Shown: positions 63,195-64,000 of the stretch, piece after piece
Position numbering within the stretch: position 1 is the stretch's first letter
Layout: the number at the start of each line of letters is the position of its first letter
Assembly (NCBI RefSeq): GCF_964355755.1
Contig: NC_092680.1
Span: forward strand, 22,205,045-22,269,044
Length of the DNA stretch: 64,000 nucleotides
Origin: Antedon mediterranea
Taxonomy: Eukaryota; Animalia; Echinodermata
Direction: 5' to 3'
The notes under the pieces: model-generated
What the model was told of the DNA's origin: nothing
What the model saw: only the letters and a program-made list of their open reading frames with translations
Databases searched by the model: none
Made by a program: the position numbers and the translations under genes

Positions 63195-64000
63195 TCGGAA
63201 ATACTTGGAACTACTCGGAACTACTCGAAACTACTCGGAAATACTCGTCACTAATCTTCACTAATCTGAAATACATGTCATTACTTGAAACTACTCGGAA
63301 CTACACAGAACTACTCGGAAATATACGGAAATACTCGAAACTACTCGGAACTACTCGGAACAACTCGGAACTATACTCGGAACTTCTCGGAACTTCTCGC
63401 CACTACTCGGAACTACTCAGAGCTACTCGGAACTACTCGGAAATACTCGTAAATACTCGTCACTAATCTTCACTAATCGGAAAAACTCGTCATTACTTGA
63501 AACTACTCGGAACTACACGGAACTACACGGAACTACTCGGAACTACTCGGAACTACTCGGAACTACTCGGAACTACTCGGAACTACTCGGAAATACTCGG
63601 AACTACTCGGAACTACTCGGAACTACTCGGAACAACTCGGAACTACTCGGAACTACTCGGAACTACTCGGAACTACTCGGAACTACACGGAACTACTCGG
63701 AACTACACGGAACTACACGGAAATACTCGGAAATACTCGGAACTACTCGGAACTTCTCGGAACTACTCGGAAGTAATCGGAACTACTCGGAACTTCTCGG
63801 AACTACTCTGAACTACTCTGAACTACTCAAAAATACTCAGAAATTTTCGAAACTACTCGAAGCAAGTCGGAACTACTCGGAAATACTCGGAACTTATCGG
63901 AACTTCTCGGAACTTCTCGGAAATGCTCCGAAATACTCGGAAATACTCGGAACAAATCGGAACTACTCAGAACTACTCGGAACTACTCGGAACAACTCGG
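63195..64000. repeat. 10-bp satellite (GGAACTACTC)n, continuing beyond the window
   Basis: aactactcgg tandem units with scattered variants. Confidence 0.97.

Noticed and set aside
63195-64000. Telomeric repeat, or coding ORFs (LLGTTRNYSE)
   Set aside because: The GGAACTACTC unit does not match known animal telomere repeats (TTAGGG/TTAGG) and is degenerate; the ORFs are satellite translations.

Overview
AT-rich, intron-rich eukaryotic (animal-type) genomic DNA, not prokaryotic. Most ORF-track entries are exon fragments or translations of tandem repeats. Two spliced genes lie on the + strand. (1) ~135-32036 is the 3' part of a very large LOXHD1-like PLAT-repeat gene: about 16 PLAT domains in the window, interrupted by a block of 7 single-exon FN3 domains, plus Pro-rich, basic and acidic low-complexity inserts. 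(2) 35298-53057 is a complete 5-exon, 200-aa Rab10. The main discovery is in the 13.7-kb first intron of Rab10, which holds five more divergent, intact copies of coding exon 1 (39914, 41521, 43548, 45245, 48183). Each has its own ATG, beta1, P-loop and switch I and ends in a phase-1 G|GT donor in frame with the single shared exon 2. This is a variable-first-exon/constant-region architecture that could yield six Rab GTPases with different switch I (effector) surfaces from one locus; expression is inferred, not shown. The rest consists of intronic minisatellites, nested Helentron-type (HINE/DINE-like) elements, MITE/foldback elements (one carrying pseudo-tRNAs), a tRNA-derived SINE, LINE remnants, a 7.4-kb CpG-rich palindromic 24-bp satellite and a 10-bp satellite running off the window end. 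Exon coordinates were read by hand.
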